Shown here in pieces: positions 46,583 to 59,615 of a stretch of DNA of 62,000 nucleotides (its first letter is position 1; every line of letters begins with the position of its first letter). The stretch is taken from assembly GCA_013265495.1 (NCBI GenBank), contig MU058781.1:6972522-7034521 (forward strand), read 5' to 3'. The notes beneath the pieces were generated by a model. That model was not told where the DNA came from. It did not search any database and saw only the letters and a program-made list of their open reading frames with translations. A program made the translations under genes and the position numbers. Origin of the DNA: Vicugna vicugna (Eukaryota).

Positions 46583-49500
46583 TCTTTAAAAATCAGGTAA
46601 TTGCAATGTTATTTAAACTTTTCCAGATCATAGAAAAAGACAAGGATCTCCCCAATTCACATTATAGAGCCAGTATACCTTTAATACCAGTATCAGACAA
46701 TACAGTATGATCAAGAAGGTTTTATTCCAGGAATGTAAATTTGGTTCAGTATCAGAAAACCCAGCCACCCAATCCATTATATCAAAATTTAAAAAGATAA
46801 CATGATCATATAATAATTGCTAAAAAGTCATTTGGTAAAGTTTAGTACTATTCCTAACTAATAAAGCTCTTAAATAGAAGGACACTTTTTAGACATAATA
46901 AAGACTATTTGTGAAAAACTAACAACAGATTTCATTATAGGTGGCAAAATACTAAAACCAATTAAATAAGGATCTCGATTAGAATGCCTATGAGCAGCAT
47001 TTTTATTTATCATTATCTTTTATGTCCTAGAAAATGAAATGAGACAACAAATTATATTGCTGACATGTTTACTAGAAGAGAGAAAATCTTTTTCTCTTGC
47101 TGATACGGTATGACTGTATACAAACCCTCAAAAATGAGACTAAATTAAAAAAAAAACAGCCACTCTAGTAGAATTAATAAAATATTTGGGGAGATGGCAG
47201 GGATGCAAGATAAATGTATAAATTGAAAGCTTTTCCCTATTCTAGCAATGAGCACTAAGAAATGGGAGGAAATGCTTCCTTAAATAATATGATAAAACCA
47301 TACAAGTGTATAATATATACATTTCCAGTAATTCAAAAGCACACTGACAACCTGGGTTTTTAAAAATTGTGTATAACGATCATAAAGTTTTACGTTGATA
47401 AATGCCCCATTGTAACCCAGAAAAGTGTGAAAAACAAGAATGCTATAAAGTCACTATAATCAAATAGTATTGGCCTAGAAATCAACAGATTGACTATTGG
47501 CAGAGAATAGATTCAAAAATAGATAATTCAGAATAGATCATTCAAAATATAGAAAACTGAGTATTTGATACATTTTGCAGGGCAGTTCAGTGAGAAAATC
47601 CTGGATTACTTAATAAATTGTTCTGATGATAGGTAGTTCTCTGGATAAGCTGTAACAGGATTCATCATATACTATTTACAGATAATTCCTTGATGGATTA
47701 AAGACATTAAACTCAAAAATCTCACAAGAGAATCTAGAGAAGCCCACATTTACTGTCTGAAGCTTGGGAAACCTCTTTAATCAAGACTGGAACCCCCAGA
47801 AGCTATGTGAGAAAAGGCAGGCATATCAGAATATATACCATCAAAAACCATTTCATGGAAATAGTAACAAAATAAATCAATAGACATCAACTCTGTCTGG
47901 GAAAAGTCTTTGTAAAATATATTGCAGGCAAAATGTTAATGTCTATAATTTACAAAGAGCTCTTGTGAATAGACAGGGAAAGTATAAACTCTTCTAAAGC
48001 AAAATGGACAGAGAAAATGAATAGACAATTCCCAGAGCTAAGATAAGTGGCTTATGTGTCTGTGTGTATAGCATACGTCAGTGTGATGCAGTGAGCACAA
48101 AGAAAAATGTTTAGAAGACAACATAGGCTGTTAACGTTGATACATGGGTGACTAAGGGGCTGATGAGAGTAGAAAATGAGAAAAATATTATGACACCCTT
48201 CTCACAGACTACTGCCAGACATATAAATAATTAGAGTGCTCCGTAAATCCCATGGTCGAGGAATAAAGAGAGAGCTGAGTTGGAGGAGGGAAGAAAGAGA
48301 GCCTGTGTATCTGATTAGAGACACCCTGGGCAATAGATTATTACAGATTATTTTCTTCACTGCTGACCTCATGAGATCATTAATTGCCTACAGCTAGTGA
48401 TGGTGACTTCTGTGAGATAGGTATAGTTATGCAGGTCAGGTGTAATGTGAGTTTAAAAATTATTGTGAGGCCTTTGGGAAAAGGCACATTGCAACAAAAG
48501 TAACATGACTTCAGTTATTGCTTATTTAAACTGATCTTCATATATTTAATCTGAATATGATTCCTTGCCAGAGGCCAAGGGGACTGAGAAAGATCCTCTT
48601 AGGGAACACTGATGTCTAAGAAGGACCTCTCTGAGATTTCTTTTGTTAGAAATGCAAGCATTGTGGTACAGAGGCTATGGGTTTTGCTACAATTGTTATT
48701 ACCTAGAAAAGTCCCTAAGGGGTTCCTTGTGAGGACTGTGAACATGTCCTCTGGGGGGATGTATTGATACAATAGCAAACCCTCTTATGAGCTTCTGATG
48801 AGGATCTAGAGGACTTCAGGTGGCACATGGTAGATGTGGGAGGCAAACAGACTTTCCGAGTGGAGGGGAGTTTTTTTCCCCCTCTTATAAAATGGTGTTG
48901 CATCCTTGCCTCTCAAGGTACCTGCACTGCTCCATCCAACATTCATGCAGCCCTGGCATCCATGTCCTTAACTTTGGTTTCTGTGATCTGTTGCAGATGA
49001 TAGTATTTGTTAGTTTTGTCTGACTTCTGGTTTCCAGGGGACTTTATAATTCACTTTTTTTCTGGAAGAGGCGGGAGATGAAGGAGAGGGAGAAGGCAGA
49101 AAAGAAGGGACTCAGCCATCTATATTATAGAGAAAACCTAAGTTTTTAAGGTGTGTTTCAAAATAAAGTCCCACTCTGGAAAGTCAGCATTTATAATATT
49201 CCCACATATGGGTAATGTGGTCCTTGTAGATGGGACTCTTAATGCCAAGAATGAAATTCCTCATGATTTAAGCCAAGAAATAGTTTGACTTTTATTTCAG
49301 CTGAGTCCTTTTATCTATGTGGAATATATATGGATGCACAGGACTGGGTCCTCATTTTCTATAAACCAGTTGGTACTTTGGCTGGGATGACAATTTATGG
49401 GAACATTGGGGGTTTTTTTTCATTGCTTGTCTGATATGCAAGAATTTGGAGGAGATAATATTAGTAGAAAGATTCATGCAAAGTTTGCAAGCATAAGGAT

Positions 49501-51059
49501 TCTCAAGACTGTTTCATCTGACTCTCTGGTGGAGAATTCTAATTCAGGGCTAACGCAGTCATTTCTTCTAGTCAGGTGAATTTCTAGAGTGCTGAGTTCC
49601 ATTTTCTCATCGATCCATAACCCTGGCTTGCTAGTGGAGTTATGTGTAGGATGTTAAGGGTTCAGCTCTCTGCCTCGAGTCATGATGGGCTCTTGTGTGG
49701 AACAGTGGTGATGGCAGTTTTTCTTACTGGGACCCAGCTGGTTTTGACTCACTCTGTGAGATGTTGAGATGCTCTTGCATGTATGAAATAGAACCAAAAT
49801 GACACTCCTCCAGCTTTTTGAAAACTTTTGTTATCAAGTTGGATGTAGCTGGGTGACCATTTCTAGGTCATATTTTGACCTTCCGTGTGGTTTGACCACC
49901 ATGCCACGTCGAAGGAATCTCTGGCATAGTTTCTATCGTAGTCTTTTGTCATGTTCTCAGTCTCATTTTGTATTGTGTGTTACTTTTAGGTCTATACTCA
50001 ATACCCTCAATAAATGTTGAGTTTATGTATAAGATGAGCATTGTTAGATACAACAGAAGAATGTGAATGAAATAGTAGCTGTTTGGAAATGAGAAATGGC
50101 CAAATTGTCAGTGGCAGAACACCATGACCTTTGCCTTAAATCTTTTCCTGTGGAGAGAGAATTGCACCTGTTGGAGAAGGTGGTTTCCCAATACTTGTGT
50201 TCTTTCACTTGATTTCTTGAAACTAAACAAATCATTAGAAACATTTTAAAAAATGTCTTAGTGCAGGATATAATTAAGATGTCAAGTCTAAGGTATGTGT
50301 TACCAACTTACATACCAAGGTAGAAAAGAGTGATTTAAGTAGCATCAGAATGAATGTTGATTTTTCTTTATATTAATTATAATGATTTTTTAAAAAAGAA
50401 ATTCCATTTGTTGATTTCCTGCTTGTGTAGGACTACAATGCATGTTATATATATGTGTGTGCATATATATATAATATATTTCATATTACATAATATGTAT
50501 TACATAAATATCTTATACATATCTAGTAATTAGGTTTCTATATTTATTTTTTGGCTTCATAAGTATGCTTTAGATTTATTTTGGTCTTGCTTTTATATGA
50601 GTTTAGGTATGTTACAAGTTAATACAATTCCTACGGTTTGGATTACTTAACCATTAATGTCAAGATTTTGTTTTCCTTTTCTTTAGGATAGTCTGTAGTT
50701 GCAATTAGGAAATTCTGTATTGTGATGAAGGTCAACATGACTGCAATCTCTGGTGAACAATTTGTAATAGCAAGACTATCATTGCTCAGAAAGATGAAAA
50801 ATATTTTTGTAGACTGTAGTGACTGGATTTTACTTCTCAGTCTGTGATATTAAATGTTACATTGACTTTTCTAGTCTAAAAGAAGCAGTTCCTTCTTAGG
50901 CTTATATGAGGTATCCTCTTTTACCTACCTTTAAAAAAACAAAACAAAACCCAAACTGGTGTTCCTTTGAATTCTCTTTTCTGATCATCTTCTCTTTTTT
51001 CTCTCCTTTTCCCTTCCTTCTAAGATGAATGACATTGACTGTATCGGGCCAGGTTGAAC

Positions 51060-51111
51060 CTGTCCAGCTGAACAGGTTGTGTACTGCACAATTTCAGGAG
51101 GTGCCATTCAC
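51060..51111. mobile_element. MER91-like (hAT-Tip100) fragment
   Basis: ccagctgaacaggttgtgtactgcacaatttcaggaggtgccattcac. Confidence 0.55.
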
Positions 51112-51329
51112 TGCCCACCTTCAAGACTGGTATAGTGCCACCAGACACAGACTAGCTACTTTACAAACCTCTCACTGAGCCTCACAACTACCTATGAGAT
51201 GAATATCATCATGCCTATTTTATGCATGAGTTTGGGTATGTTAAATAACTTGTTTAAGGTTACATAAAAATGAGTGGGTGATAAGAGTGTGTATTAGGTG
51301 GAAAGCCGCTTCTTCCCTCTTTGTATTCT

Positions 51330-52050
51330 CATCCACAGACACCACCTAAATGATGGCAATTCCTAAAAGACCCTCTACTCCAGATCTCTCTGGACAAGTC
51401 TTCTATGTGTCACAGAGACACTTAGGATCCTGCAGGATTTAAATTGAATCATCATTTTCCTGATGGCTACTTCTCCTTTATTCTCATTCTGAGTTAGTGG
51501 TGCCAGCAGCTTGAACAGTTCTCTCTCCTTCATCCTCTACATCCAATCAGATATCAGGTCCCATCAGTTCTGTTTCTGAAATCTCTCTCCATTTGTTCAT
51601 TTCCTTTCCATGCCCGTTGCCTCTAAATTAGTCCAGGCCCTCATTCTTTTATTGTGAATGCATCTGCTCTGTCTGAACGTGAAAAGTGTCACCTAAAATC
51701 TGACATCTCTAGGCATTTGCTCTGGCTGTTGCCTTTGACTGGTTCACCTTTCTCCACCTTCCCCACTCGGCTACTTGAAGCCTCAGCTTAAAGTTACTTT
51801 CTCAGGGAAGCCTCCCATGGTTCTTTTCACCAACCCCCTTCATTTAATTAATTTTTTCTCTGTGGTCCTGTGTTTGTCTCTTGTATCACATATGTACACA
51901 TTATAGTACCCTGATAATTTACTTGCTTGTCTGACTCCTTCCCTGGACTGAGAGCTCGTTGAGGACAGGGGCCGTGTCTAACTTATGTCTGTCTTCTCAG
52001 CATCTAGACACTTGTCTGGAGGAGATCAATACATGCTTGTGAAAATGAAT
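51330..52050 (+). mobile_element. L2 LINE 3' region
   Basis: tgatggcaattcc..ccagatctctct..catccaatca..agtccaggccctcat..tctcagggaagcctccc..ggactgagagctc..gaggacaggggcc..tcaatacatgcttg..aatgaatg. Confidence 0.75.
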
Positions 52051-52086
52051 GCTCACTGTGAATTCATCAGGCAGATCTGAAAGAGT

Positions 52087-52514
52087 ATTTTTTAAAATAT
52101 GCAACTTACATGTTTTATTTTATTATTATTTAAAAAAATTGAAGTATAGTCAGATTCAATGTGTTCATTTTTGATTAAGACAGCTTTGTAATACAGTTTG
52201 AAATCAGGAAGTGTGATTCCTCCAGCTTTGTTCTTTCTCAAGAGTGCTTTGTCCATCTGGGGTCTTTTGTGGTTCCGTAAAAATTTTAGGATCGTTCTAT
52301 TTCTGTGAAAAATGCCATTGAAATTTTGATAGAATTGCATCGAATCTGTAGATTGCTTTGGGTAGCATGGACATTCTAAGAATATTAATTCTTCTAACCC
52401 ATGAGCATGGAATGTTTTTCCATTTATTTGTGTCTTCTTCAGTTTCTTTCATCAGTGTCTTATGGTTTCAGTGTACAGGTCTTTAACCTCCTTGGTTAAA
52501 TTTTATTTTTATCA
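52087..52514 (-). mobile_element. Young L1 with an internal deletion
   Basis: Perfect 15-bp TSD cagatctgaaagagt (52072-52086, 52515-52529). ORF 52092-52340 contains [37 protein letters not shown] (L1 ORF2), joined directly to the extreme 3' end. Confidence 0.9.
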
Positions 52515-53019
52515 CAGATCTGAAAGAGTTGTTCACATAATACTACCGCGTTCTACATGTTTATTTAGTCTTATTAAAATTTGCAGTTTTTATAAACTTG
52601 CATGGTTGAAAATAATTAATGCCAATATTATTTAATTATACAATATAATTTTTCCTCCCATTTGCTATTTGCAGCAGCATGATTATTGCTTAACCCACGT
52701 TTTCATTCATATTAGTTTCTTCCCTTATCCTGTTGACAAGAGATTATAAGAGATTATAATTTAATTGCATGGTAATTTAAAAAGTAGACTCTGTGTTGAA
52801 CTTTGGTTTAAGGCACCAAGGTTTTATATTGACACTAATGAAAAAATTAACCTCTTAGAAGGTGCTTTCTTTATCTTTCCTGATTCCTGTCCATCAACAA
52901 TAGTCACTACACTGAGAAAATACCTTGAGATTGATTATCCCAGAACCTAAGCTTCTGCTAAATTTGAAGTTAGGCATCCATGGGATGGTTTTCATTAACA
53001 TAAACCTTTTTCATCTAAC

Positions 53020-53175
53020 ACAGATTTAGGTCTGGTTCCAGCTTTGCCCCTAGCTGGCTCAAGCAAGCCACTTAAATCTCCCTGGACAGTTGTTTCTTCA
53101 TTTCTGAAATTAGGTGTTTGGACTAAACTAGCTAGAAGGACTTTTCAAGCTCAAAGAGCCTTCAGTTCTATTATT
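53020..53175 (+). mobile_element. MIR3-type SINE
   Basis: agatttaggtctggttccagctttgcccctagctg..gcaagccacttaaatctccctg..gtttcttcatttctgaaat..ttggactaaa. Confidence 0.65.
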
Positions 53176-54049
53176 TGGGGTCCCCACTGTGTGTTCTCTT
53201 ACCATCTTATCTCCCTTTCCTTCCCTTTCTCTCCCACTCGTGGAATGGTCTTCCTGCCTGTCCTATGATCGTCCATAGAGATGCACTGTGTTCTTCAGCA
53301 CTTGGCTTTGACCTTGAGGTTTTTTCAACATGGCGAGCTGAGAAGCCGTTTGCTTGTGTCCTTTGGAACGGTGCCTACTGCTGATACTTCACTGGCATGC
53401 TCAGATCCCTTCCACAAAGGCCTGTGAGTCCCTTCATTTCAGGAAGCACATTCTTGACTGTGGTTGCAAAAGCAGAGTGAAGTGGCGGAGTGAGCACAGA
53501 AAATTCCCCGGTCAGAGCAACAGCCACGTGTCTAAATTGCAGCTTTGAACAGATTTGGGATTGTGACTGTGACCCATGGGGGGAGGGGGTGGGTGTGAGG
53601 AGTGAGTAGGTATGTAATGTGTTGTAAACATCACACAGACACTAAGTGTCCAGGTTTTGGAGTGAGGAAGGCACATGGTGGTACCCCACAGCTTCTGGAT
53701 GATTACTTTGTTACATTTTCTTTAACTGGACTACAACCTGTTAGGTTTCTAAGTAGTTCCCCGCATAACTTGTTGACAAAGCACTTCAAGCAAAATCATT
53801 TTTTCATAAAGGTGTGAAGTAAGCTAAGCCAGTCCTGATTTGATTCGCCTGCGTTCTAATTTTATCATTAGACGCAAAAGGACAAATCCGGTACAAGGTG
53901 TTCTGGATGAGGTGTGCATGGGAAGTGTTTTTACAAGAACAGTTTCCTAGCAAGGTGGGAAGGCAGGTCTGGATTGTTAGAAGTAGAAGCAAGAGGTTTA
54001 AAGAGCTGTGAAGGAGGGAGCCAGGTGTCCTAGGAGGACACGCGCAGAG

Positions 54050-54680
54050 AAGCAGCAAGCTCTGAAGGCCGGTAGGTGAAGTGTCCCGGGCTAGGCAGGA
54101 TGAAGGACACTAGGGGCTGCTGCTGGCCACCCCGCTCCGGATTTCTGCGGCAGCCGTCCCAGAAGGACAAGAGAGAGGTCCTGAGACGTGGAGCGAGTGC
54201 AGGAGGGCTGGACTGCGCTGGCAGCCGGGCTCAGACAGGGTTAAGACCATCACCTGCAGCTGAAGTGCGACCCAGATGGGAAGTAGGAAGTGCCGCGCCT
54301 GAGCTTCCTGTATAAATAAACGAGCGGCTGCTGGCGTGCGGCGCCCCACGCTCTGCAAGGTTCCCGGGCATCGCAGCTGCGTCCCAAGGCAGGAGGCGAT
54401 TATAGGTACTCCTCCTCCTCCTCCGGCCCCATAGGTCTGGGAGCCCGAACCCTGTTGCTGTCCTGCAGAGTGCAAAGCTGTCAGCCGCAGAGCACGGAGG
54501 AAGGGGGAGAGAATGGAACAGCTCCTCCTCCCGGGGGTGCGAGCAGCCCTGGCGGACGGTGCGCGCGAGGCAGGCTGCTGAGAAGCCCGGCGGCCGGGTG
54601 GAACGTAGCTCTCCTGCCAGGTAGGTTTAGCAAGCTTTTTAAACGCTGCAGGCATTGCGAGACAGCAGTGGTGTGGGGCT
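54050..54680 (+). promoter_or_regulatory. Small CpG island / internal promoter with TATA box and ETS sites
   Basis: The only clearly CpG-dense non-repeat block in the window. GGAAGT at 54279 and 54286, CTTCCTG at 54304-54310, TATAAATA at 54311-54318. Confidence 0.7.
54340..54620 (+). other. Probable non-coding first exon (start approximate) containing a 22-codon uORF
   Basis: Begins about 30 bp after the TATA box; donor CAG|GTAGGT at 54621. uORF 54513-54581 (MEQLLLPGVRAALADGAREAGC*) has strong Kozak context (agaATGg). Confidence 0.55.
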
Positions 54681-55739
54681 AAGAAAAGAAAAAAAAGGAC
54701 GGGAGACTCACTCTGATACCGTGGTTTTTAGCTTTATTTTCTACCTCCAGTGCTTAATCCATATGGAACTGAATTCATTCTGAATGCCTAAAACACCTGT
54801 TAACTTTTAAAAATAGATGTCTTTGTAAAGGTAAAAAGAAACTAGCTTAATTTCTAGCAAAACGGTGTATATTGTAAATTTCAGGATTAGGACAAACCTC
54901 CCAATGTCTTCAGCGGAGACCAGAGTTGGCATAATCTCAGCTGTTTACCTTCTGTTACTTGGAGCAATAGCGACATATAGAGATATGGATAAGATGTTAT
55001 ATTATCCGTGAGATCTTGGCCATGTATTACGCTGATTATTTTGTTGTGTAATTGCTGATGAAACTGTGAAACTTTGATCCTATACTGCTATTCTCTAGTT
55101 TAAGTTAAAATGAAACTGATTTCTGTATCAGCAGAGAAGAGGTATCTTTAGCTTACTCCTTCCAGGGTATCTTTTGTTTTTCTTATTAGTTTCAGGGATT
55201 CTGCTGTAAATCTATTCCTGATGCATATACTTCTCATGTTTGGATTTCTCAGAAATTAATTCCCCTTTCTGGGAAAATGTTTTCTGCCTTCATGCTTGCA
55301 CTATAGTCTTACTTTCTTATTTCTTTCTGCTGCAAGTATCTTATATTATTAGCTGGGATTTCAGTAGGACTAGCAGTGTTCTTCTAATTTGGTATTTCTG
55401 GATGTTTATTTGAACATTGCCAGGTATGAATGAAAGAACAATGTATCTAACATATCTGAAGCAGCCAGTTGGGGGTGTCTAGGGCCCAGAAGCAAAAGAA
55501 ATGAACTTTGAGATGACTCAGTTTTTAGGGTGTGGGTAAGAGGCAGAAGGAATCCAGCCAGTCTTCATTGAGTTGCTGGCTAATTAAAGTATCTGGCTGC
55601 TGCAGCTTTCACTAAGGTGAGTCTTTTAGTCTCCAGTCCCTTTCACATCTTATTCCTCTTTTGATCCCTTGTCTCCTTACTCTGTCCAGCCTTCTCAACC
55701 GAAGTCCTTTCCATGGATAGCAGTCCCTTAAGTCTGTCT

Positions 55740-55892
55740 GTCAGTCTTTCTTTCTTCCCTTTTTTTTTAACCAAGGTTTCATTCTTCTTCTTTTTTTTTT
55801 AGTTGATGTATGGTCAGTTATAATATGTCAATTTCTGGTGTACAGCATAATGTCCCAGTCATGCATATATATACATATATTTGTTTTCATAT
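55740..55892 (-). mobile_element. Lineage-specific L1 3' end with a double A-tail
   Basis: agttgatgtatggtcagttataatatgtcaatttctggtgtacagcataatgtcccagtcatgcat. TSD tcccttaagtctgtct (55724-55739) / tcccttaagtatttct (55893-55908). Confidence 0.85.
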
Positions 55893-58800
55893 TCCCTTAA
55901 GTATTTCTGAAGCTACCTAGTGGACGAGAGAGGGAGAGAAAAAGAAAGATATCTATAGTAGAGCCACAAGGCCACGTGGAGATAACTGTATTAGGAAATC
56001 CACGCCCACATTTTCAGAAACTCCTGCCTTTTGCACACCTGTGACTGGGATTTTATTCTTTGTGGTGGGCATGAAGTTAATAAAGTGGGAAAGAAAAAAC
56101 AAATGATTTCAAAAGTAGCCTCTGACTACTTGGAACTGTCTTGAATAAAGAAATTCATGGTAGAGGAAATGTTAAGAAGATGTCGAACAGCAGAATCATA
56201 TTGCTTGGCTTTTTATTTAAAACAAAAAGAAAAAAAACTCACCTCCCCCCCCCCCAAAAAAAAACCAATCACCCTAGATAACTTGCTTCTGCAGTACTGT
56301 GCTGGAAGTGAGGTTTGAGTGTGGTCAAACACTGTCCATTTACTCAGAGTTTTACAAATATTTACAGTCATCTATGCCAAATATCTTTGTGCCGAGCCCC
56401 GAAGAACATTCTCAGCATTCAAAAGGCCCATTCTCATGAATGGTTTCCGTTCATTGGCAATTTAAAGGCATCCAGGCTTCCAAACTAGGTCAGTTTAAGA
56501 CATGTCTTTTTTTAAACATAATAATTAGTTTTTGGATCTCCCAGGTTATGAGCCAGGTTTTCAGAGCCAAATCCTACAACAGAGAGAAAAGTATGCTCTA
56601 TCAGAAAGAAAAAAGCTCATTTTAACTAGATAGTAAGGCCATTTAGCTTTCTGGAAACCATCTTTTGCTTCAATAATACGAACACTTTTAATCTGAGAAA
56701 GTTTATTTAAATTTTCCTTTAAAAAAAGTTGTTTTAGTATTTTAGATGTTTAGGAACATTTTTAAGGGCATCAGAATCATTTCTCTGTACTGTTTCTGCT
56801 AGCCCTAGCTTCTCAGTTTCCCCTGGCTTTGACTTATGACATTACTTTCTTGTTAAGTGAGGTTCTTAGTGTTTGAAATCTCTGGTTTGAGGTAGAGGTC
56901 AGGAATCATGCTGAACCCAGGTGCTGGTGGAGGAACAAAGTCCACACAGTTTTGGAACTAAACCTACTTTGTGCAACTGATTATTTTGGAGATGGGAATT
57001 GGGCCAATTGGAGCTTTGGGGAGTAGATATCTGTAGCCTGAGTACTGAGACTTTTTTCCGGGGATGTCTGCCTTAATTTATTGAAGTGCCTTAGCAACAG
57101 CAAATTATCAATATTTTCAGCTTTTGAATTGCTGGAAGTGAATATGGATGAGAATCAGGCCCTGAATGTTTTTTCTCCTCCATGTACATTAGAGAAGTTA
57201 TCCACTGTGGTATCTAGTGACTAGGTCCTGAGGATATACAGATGAATAAGATGTGGCTTCTGTCCTGAAGGAATTCGAGTAAGCTTAGAAGTGATTTTAG
57301 ACTAGAATGGTAACTTTTAATTCATGTTGTTTGACCTGATAATGAAAAATACTTTGATGTTTGTCACCTCAATTATGTTTTTGTTTTTTTGGTAATGTTC
57401 CACTGATGTCACCTGGGCGTTAAATGATTTGAAGAGGCGTAAGAGCACCTAAGTTAATTTATTTAATTATTTTAATTTAAAAATTTTTTTCACCTTTAGG
57501 CATATGTGAGAGGTCTTGTACTAAGGTTTTATTTTTATTAACATTTGCTATTTACTTGATAATGAGTACTTCTAAACTCAGTATGTCGTACTGTAGTAGT
57601 TATTTAAAAATGGAAAATCATACATTAAAAAGAGTAAAAGTGATCAGTGCTTTTGCAACATGGCACAAGAGACTTCTCAACTGTGATTGGATCCCTTCCT
57701 TGAATTGAAAACACAACAATCTAAGTGAAATACACTTATTCATACCTGGAGATACTTCTGATCATATGGCTTGTGGTACCTGTTAAAGACCATGCTTTGA
57801 AAGCTGTGTCTCATCGGTTTCTAGTCCCTCTGCAGTCATGAATTTGAGTCTCGGACTTTAAGTCAACTGGTTTTTGTCTTTCTTGGGAAGGTAGAACAAG
57901 ACTATCTCATTTGTCTCTTTGCTGGACTTGTGGCTGAAGCTATAAACTCAAAGTTGTCCTGTGTAAGATTAAAACTGTCCGTTGACAACCTCCTCAACTA
58001 GTTTACTCTTTGTTGAGTGAGGACTATGTTTAATTGCCTTTTGAATCCACAGCACCTAACACATGTGGCATTCAGTGCTCTGTGGGTTGACCTTATTTCC
58101 TGCATTTTGCATTTTCCTGCATTTCCTTCCTTAAGAAACTGATTTGGCAGAGATGTACAAAAATACACACCCTGTACCTTGCTTAGTGTGGGATGGAGGA
58201 ATTCTTTCCCCAAAGTGGTTTTAAATTTGTTTCTAACTAAAATGTCTATGTAAAACTTTTAACTTTCACAGGAAAGGGTGATATTTATACATGATTTTAT
58301 TCATTTGGAGAAGACATTTTGATTTAGATATTCATGCCCTAGTGATTGTTGTTTCAGGGTAATGTCATGACCCAGGAAATCGGCCCATCTCTTGCTCTGT
58401 GGGTCTTTCTGAAAGAACACTTCTCCTTGATCTGCTAATGACATCATTGTCTGACCTGCCTTCAAGTGGCATTCCTTCCTGCTATTGAGCTTTGTTGTTA
58501 TGCCAGGTAGGCTGAAGAAAATTACTCAGCAGGGCTGTAAGAATAATTGTGGGAGGCAAGGGAACCACTGATTTAAAAAGAGGTGGGCAGGGCACAGTGG
58601 TGGTGTTGAAGGGGGACCGATGATGATGAAGGTAAAATTACAATGCCAGAAATATCATTGAGCTGTTCTTCTCAGATTCACTCCTACCTTCTTTGATAAA
58701 TTTTTATTGTTAGAAAAGCTGGGGATGGATTTCTTCCTCTTGGGCCTTACCTTGTAGTGGCAATGAGAACATGAAAAGAAAACAAGAAATAAGAAATGTG

Positions 58801-58987
58801 CTTTTTAGAAAAAGCATAGGCATTTTGTGAATGTTAAAACTTTGCTTCCCAGATGCCCTGTATTCTGTAGGGTTTCGGGTTAGCTTATCACAATGTCATG
58901 TACTTTGTCGGTCATAGTCTCATATCTCTCTCCATCTATTTCTCCTAAATATTTTGTAGGAAAAAATATAAAAATTAGATTTGATTA

Positions 58988-59140
58988 TTCTCACCTTAAA
59001 AAATGGTAATTGTATGAGATGATGGCGGTGTTAACTAGCCTTATTACTGTAATCATTTCACAAAATAGATTGAATCATTACGTTGTATACTTTAGACTTA
59101 CACAGTGTTATGCATCAATTATATCTGAATAAAGCTAGAA
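58988..59140 (+). mobile_element. L1MA-type 3' end (~150 bp)
   Basis: ttctcacc..atggtaattgtatgagatgatgg..tgttaactagcc..aatcatttcaca..tcaattatatctgaataaagct. TSD aaaattagat..atta at 58971 and 59141. Confidence 0.85.
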
Positions 59141-59615
59141 AAAATTAGATCTTATTAAAATAATGGACTTTATTCATTACGTAATTTCAAACAGCAAAGA
59201 GACTGCCTAGAAAACAGTTCTTACTAGTATTTAAGATTCCGCTCCTAAGGGAGTGTCTGTCCTTGTCACCCACAAAAAAAAAAAAAAAAATGAATAGGGA
59301 TATATTTGCATATCAGTTCCATTTTTAGAAGAAACCAAGTCTCCAAGATACAAAGTTATGATCTTATCGCCATCCTGGAACCTGTTGAGATGAAGCTGTT
59401 AAAACTAAAGAATTAGAGGCTGAAGTATTCTTTCAATTCTTGATTTCCTCTGAAGCGGTGAAGTGGTGGGGGCAAAGCGCAGAAGTTCCCTTTCCTGTCC
59501 TGTGAGGCACAGTATAAACAATGTTTTGCAACAATGCTACCACTTCACAAAGCCCGAGTAGATGAATATTTACTTCCGTCACCTCTAAGAATTAAGTACT
59601 CCTTGGGTTTGTTTA

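Larger units (their letters stand above)
44795..48190 (+). mobile_element. Ancient L1 (L1ME-like) ORF2 remnant, interrupted at 45086-46582
   Basis: cacattccctcatcataacccaattaaattagaaattaataataaaa marks the end of the endonuclease region. ORF 46516-46710 (LFKLFQIIEKDKDLPNSHYRASIPLIP) resembles L1 ORF2 LKLFQKIEKEGILPNSFYEASITLIP. Confidence 0.75.

Noticed and set aside
50687..50910. Strong acceptor tttccttttctttag followed by a possible exon
   Set aside because: All three frames stop shortly after the acceptor and the donor (GAG|GTATCC) is weak.
54110..54655. Longest ORF (181 aa, - strand)
   Set aside because: It lies across the GC-rich island, where stop codons are rare, and has low-complexity A/R/G/S/P composition with no domain.
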